A stretch of 63,581 bases of DNA, the filler included, from Guillardia theta CCMP2712 (taxonomy: Eukaryota > Protista > Cryptophyta), in NCBI RefSeq assembly GCF_000315625.1. It is 8 parts of 8 records of this genome, joined end to end, with 100 filler letters (N's around TTAATTAATTAA, not from the genome) between each part and the next. Parts side by side here need not be neighbours in the genome. Positions count along the whole stretch, not along the records: positions 59,602 to 60,632 come from NW_005434024.1; positions 60,733 to 62,194 come from NW_005434559.1; positions 62,295 to 63,581 come from NW_005434599.1; 5 more parts are not named here. One strand, written 5' to 3'. The notes beneath the pieces are model-generated. The model did not search any database and was not told where the DNA came from. It was given only the letters and a program-made list of their open reading frames with translations. The translations under genes and the position numbers were made by a program. Below, piece by piece: positions 60,483 through 63,581 of this stretch. How positions within the stretch are numbered: the stretch's first letter is position 1; each line of letters begins with the position of its first letter.

Positions 60483-61199
60483 GAGGCAGGATGCTGGTCT
60501 GCAAGAGATGATGAGAGACTGGAAGGGGATGCAAGGGGAGGAAGATGTGGTGGTGGTGATGATGATGGTCATAAAGAAGAAGAAGAAGAAGAAGAAGAAG
60601 AAGAAGAAGAAGAAGAAGAAGAAGAAGAAGACNNNNNNNNNNNNNNNNNNNNNNNNNNNNNNNNNNNNNNNNNNNNTTAATTAATTAANNNNNNNNNNNN
60701 NNNNNNNNNNNNNNNNNNNNNNNNNNNNNNNNTCTAATCCTCTCCTTTTCCCTCGTGTCCTTGCCCTTCCGTCCTCCTCCTCTCCTCTCCTCTCCCCTCC
60801 CCTCCCCTCCCCTCCCCTCCTCTCCTCTCCTCTCCTCTCCTCTCCTCTCCTCTCCCCTCATCTCCTTTCCTCTTCTCCTCCTCCTTCTGTTTCTCTTTTC
60901 ATCAGTCTGAAGCTCTCCTTCATCTGCGGAGATCAAAAGAGGTAACCAGAATAAATGACACGCCTTTTCAAAAATTCAAAAATCGAAACAGGTGAATCCG
61001 AGTAGGAGCGATCTACAGCAACGATACGCCAACGTATTCGTCCTTCCCTTCCCCTCTCCTTTTCTTTCCGCTCTCTCATGCCCGCCCGCCCCCTCCCCCC
61101 ATCAACTTCTCAGCCATCGCTCCTCTGCTTCTTCCTCCCATCGTCTCCCTTCCAGACCCCCTTGCTCTCTCTCCTACCTCCTCGCCTCTCCTCCTCCTC

Positions 61200-62130
61200 T
61201 CCTGCTCAGCTTCAACCTGCAGCTCTTGCTCAAGTCGGACAAGGCGGAAGCAGTGGAGGCTCACAAAAAGGCGCTTGCGATGGCTCCGAATCATGTTCCT
61301 ACCATCGTAGGGTAAGAAGAGGAAGACAGAAGGGGGGGGGCGAGATGCTGGTTGTGGCGTTAGAGGTGGAGGAGGGAAAGGAGGAGCCTGAATGGCGCGC
61401 AGGTATGCCCTGCTACTGAAGGAGGAGGAGAAGTACGAGGAAGCTGGTGGGTCGTTGGACTTGCTTTCTGCTGCTGACGTGGCATCAGAGAAGCTCTATC
61501 GACAAGCTCTGGAGTTGAATCCCAACAGCTCAGGTGGGTGTCGAGCAGGATGAGGGAGAGGAGAGGAGGAGGAGGAGGAGGAGGAGAAGTGATGTATACT
61601 TCAGTACTAGCATGCAACTACGGGTCACTGCTTTGGGACTGGCAAGAGGACGAAGACGAGGCGGTTCGTTGGTACTAACCCTGTATTCGCCTGTCATCCT
61701 CCTCCCTGACGCTGCTTGAGGTTCCGGAATGCTCAGGCGCTGGACCCATCCAACGCTGAGGTCTACCTGAGGAGGTGAGTGAGAGCAAGCTAGTGTGCGA
61801 GCTGAAACCCAGCAGAGGCGAGATAGAGGAGGACCATCACATCGACCTCGAAGCTGCGATAGATTTCTACTGCGAGGTACCTCCTCATCCTCGTCCTCCT
61901 CGTCCTCCATCACCACCTCCTTTTCCTCCTCGTCCCTCCCCATCTTCCTCCCTCCTCTTCCTGCTCCTTCCTCCTTCTCCTCCTTTCACTCAGTGTATGA
62001 CAACGATTAGAGAAGAAGGAAGAAGAAGAGAGTTTTTCGTCCACTGGTGTTTTACCTGCTTATCTCCAATGACCCTTGACCATCTCAGGCATCTCAGAGA
62101 TCGACAAGTGCGGAAGGATACACGAGAGCA
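61200..62130 (+). CDS. TPR-repeat protein (partial, multi-exon)
   Basis: EAVEAHKKALAMAPNHVPTIVG|YALLLKEEEKYEEA|EKLYRQALELNPNSS..NYGSLLWDW..RNAQALDPSNAEVY. Confidence 0.75.
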
Positions 62131-62399
62131 GGTGACGATGAAACGAAGTGGAGAAGGAGGAGGAGGAGGAGGAGGAGGAGGAGGAGGAGGAGGANNNNNN
62201 NNNNNNNNNNNNNNNNNNNNNNNNNNNNNNNNNNNNNNTTAATTAATTAANNNNNNNNNNNNNNNNNNNNNNNNNNNNNNNNNNNNNNNNNNNNCAGATT
62301 TCCCCTCTGCCTCGCCTCCGCTCTCCTCTTGCTTGCCCTTTCCCTCCCTCCTCCCCTCCCCTCCTCCTCCAGCTTCGGTCGCCTGCATGGCCCTTAGAT

Positions 62400-63312
62400 T
62401 CAACCCTTCTCCCTCCTCCTCCTCCTCCTACCGCATCGCGCTATCCTCCTCCTCCTCGCTCCCGCTGACGATGTCATCTGTCATGTAGCCTTTTCTCACT
62501 GTCCCCTCCTCCTCCTCAGACATCGCTGCCTCAACGTCAGTCTCACACCTCCTCCCTTCTGCTCAACCTCCAGCAGCATGATCCCCTTCCGTTTCCTCCT
62601 TGTGCTCCCTCCTGCATCGTCCACCTCGATCCTTCTGCTTCTTTGCTAGAAGAGCCTTGACCTGATCCAGCAGTCACTCCATCCTCCACTCCTCCCTCCT
62701 CCCTCCTCCCTCCTCCCTCCTCCCTCCTCCCTCCTCCCTCCTCCCTCCTCCCTCCTCCCTCCTCCCTCTCCTCCGTCTTCCTCCGTCCTCTCTCTCCTCC
62801 TTTCCCCGTCCTCCTCACCCTCTGCTGCTGCTCAATCCTTGCTTTGCGAAGGTCTTCGGATGACTTGGCTTGCTGCTTCACCTTCGCTTCCTCCTCTTTC
62901 TCCTCGTCGTCTGCCATAGCGAGTGACAAGAAGAACAAGAGGAGGAGGAGGAGGAAGAGGAAGAAGAGGAGGAGAAAGGCGTGAAGACGCTGACACCATG
63001 CAAACAAAGAAAGGGAACGGAAGAGGAAGAAGAGGAAAGAGGAAGAACAGGAGTAGCAGAATACAAGGAATGAGGGAGCACAGGCGAAGAGAGTAGGAGC
63101 ATGGAGAGGAGGGCAGGGAGAGGAGGGCAGGGAGAGGAGGGCAGGGAGAGGAGGGCAGGGAGAGGAGGGCAGGGAGAGGAGGGCAGGGAGAGGAGGGTAC
63201 CAAGCTGATCAAAGTGCTGCTGCCGTTTGACGTTCTCGAGCTTGGCAGTGACGTCAGCGTCAGGGTCCTTGAAAAGTTCCATGGCGACGTCGAGATTCCA
63301 CGATGCCTGCAC
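62400..63312 (-). CDS. Hypothetical multi-exon protein with UBA-like segment (partial)
   Basis: QASWNLDVAMELFKD resembles a UBA-like helix; charged exons follow. Confidence 0.35.
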
Positions 63313-63581
63313 GCCCAGTGAGGGTGAGACCAGGGAAGAGACGGGAGAGAGAGAAGGAAGGGGAGGGAGGAGGGAGGAAGGAGGGGAGGAGGGAGGGAAG
63401 CGAGGAGGGAGTAGAGAGAAGGGAGGAGCGAGGAGCGAGGAGGGAAGGGAGGGAGGAGGGAGGAGGGAGGGAAGGCGAGGAGGGAGGAGGGAGGAGGGAG
63501 GAGCGAAGGAGCGAGGAGCGAGGAGCGAGGAGCGAGGAGCGAGGAGCGAGGAGCGAGGAGCGAGGAGGGAGAAGGGAGTTC

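Noticed and set aside
19268-62294. TTAATTAATTAA palindromes as a biological repeat, and gene linkage across them (e.g. host BAH gene beside the transposon contig)
   Set aside because: They are identical artificial linkers inside N blocks, so adjacency is not meaningful.

Overview
Eukaryotic nuclear DNA with short GT-AG introns, dense (GGAGA)n/(GAT)n/(GGA)n microsatellites and an RWP-RK transcription factor. This style suggests a cryptophyte alga, which is my inference. The window is several contigs joined by artificial N-TTAATTAATTAA-N linkers, so adjacency across linkers is not real. Host genes include a MATE transporter, RRP7, a spliced MORN + 3xPDZ protein, a ubiquitin-like protein, a double-BAH protein, an exostosin/GT47-like protein, an RWP-RK factor, an AGC kinase fragment and a TPR protein. 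The main discovery is in contig 28401-45569, where a palindrome-rich 332-bp satellite is interrupted by two elements whose terminal inverted repeats (TIRs) begin CATTCCAT. Element 1 (28475-38586, ~10.1 kb, TIRs 26/27 identical) carries three notable genes: a spliced ~913-aa RAG1/Transib/Chapaev-like DDE transposase, a tail-to-tail partner gene with a BAH-like motif pattern (a layout reminiscent of RAG1/RAG2 in ProtoRAG), and a CDC7-like kinase fused to 23-aa STPR-like repeats. Element 2 (41926-44543, 2.6 kb, TIRs 23/25) carries a paralog of the partner gene but no transposase. A second oddity is a zinc-knuckle + restriction-like endonuclease ORF with no reverse transcriptase, flanked by inverted repeats with a recurrent hairpin (14.4-17.8 kb). 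All family calls come from motif recognition by eye; no searches were run.
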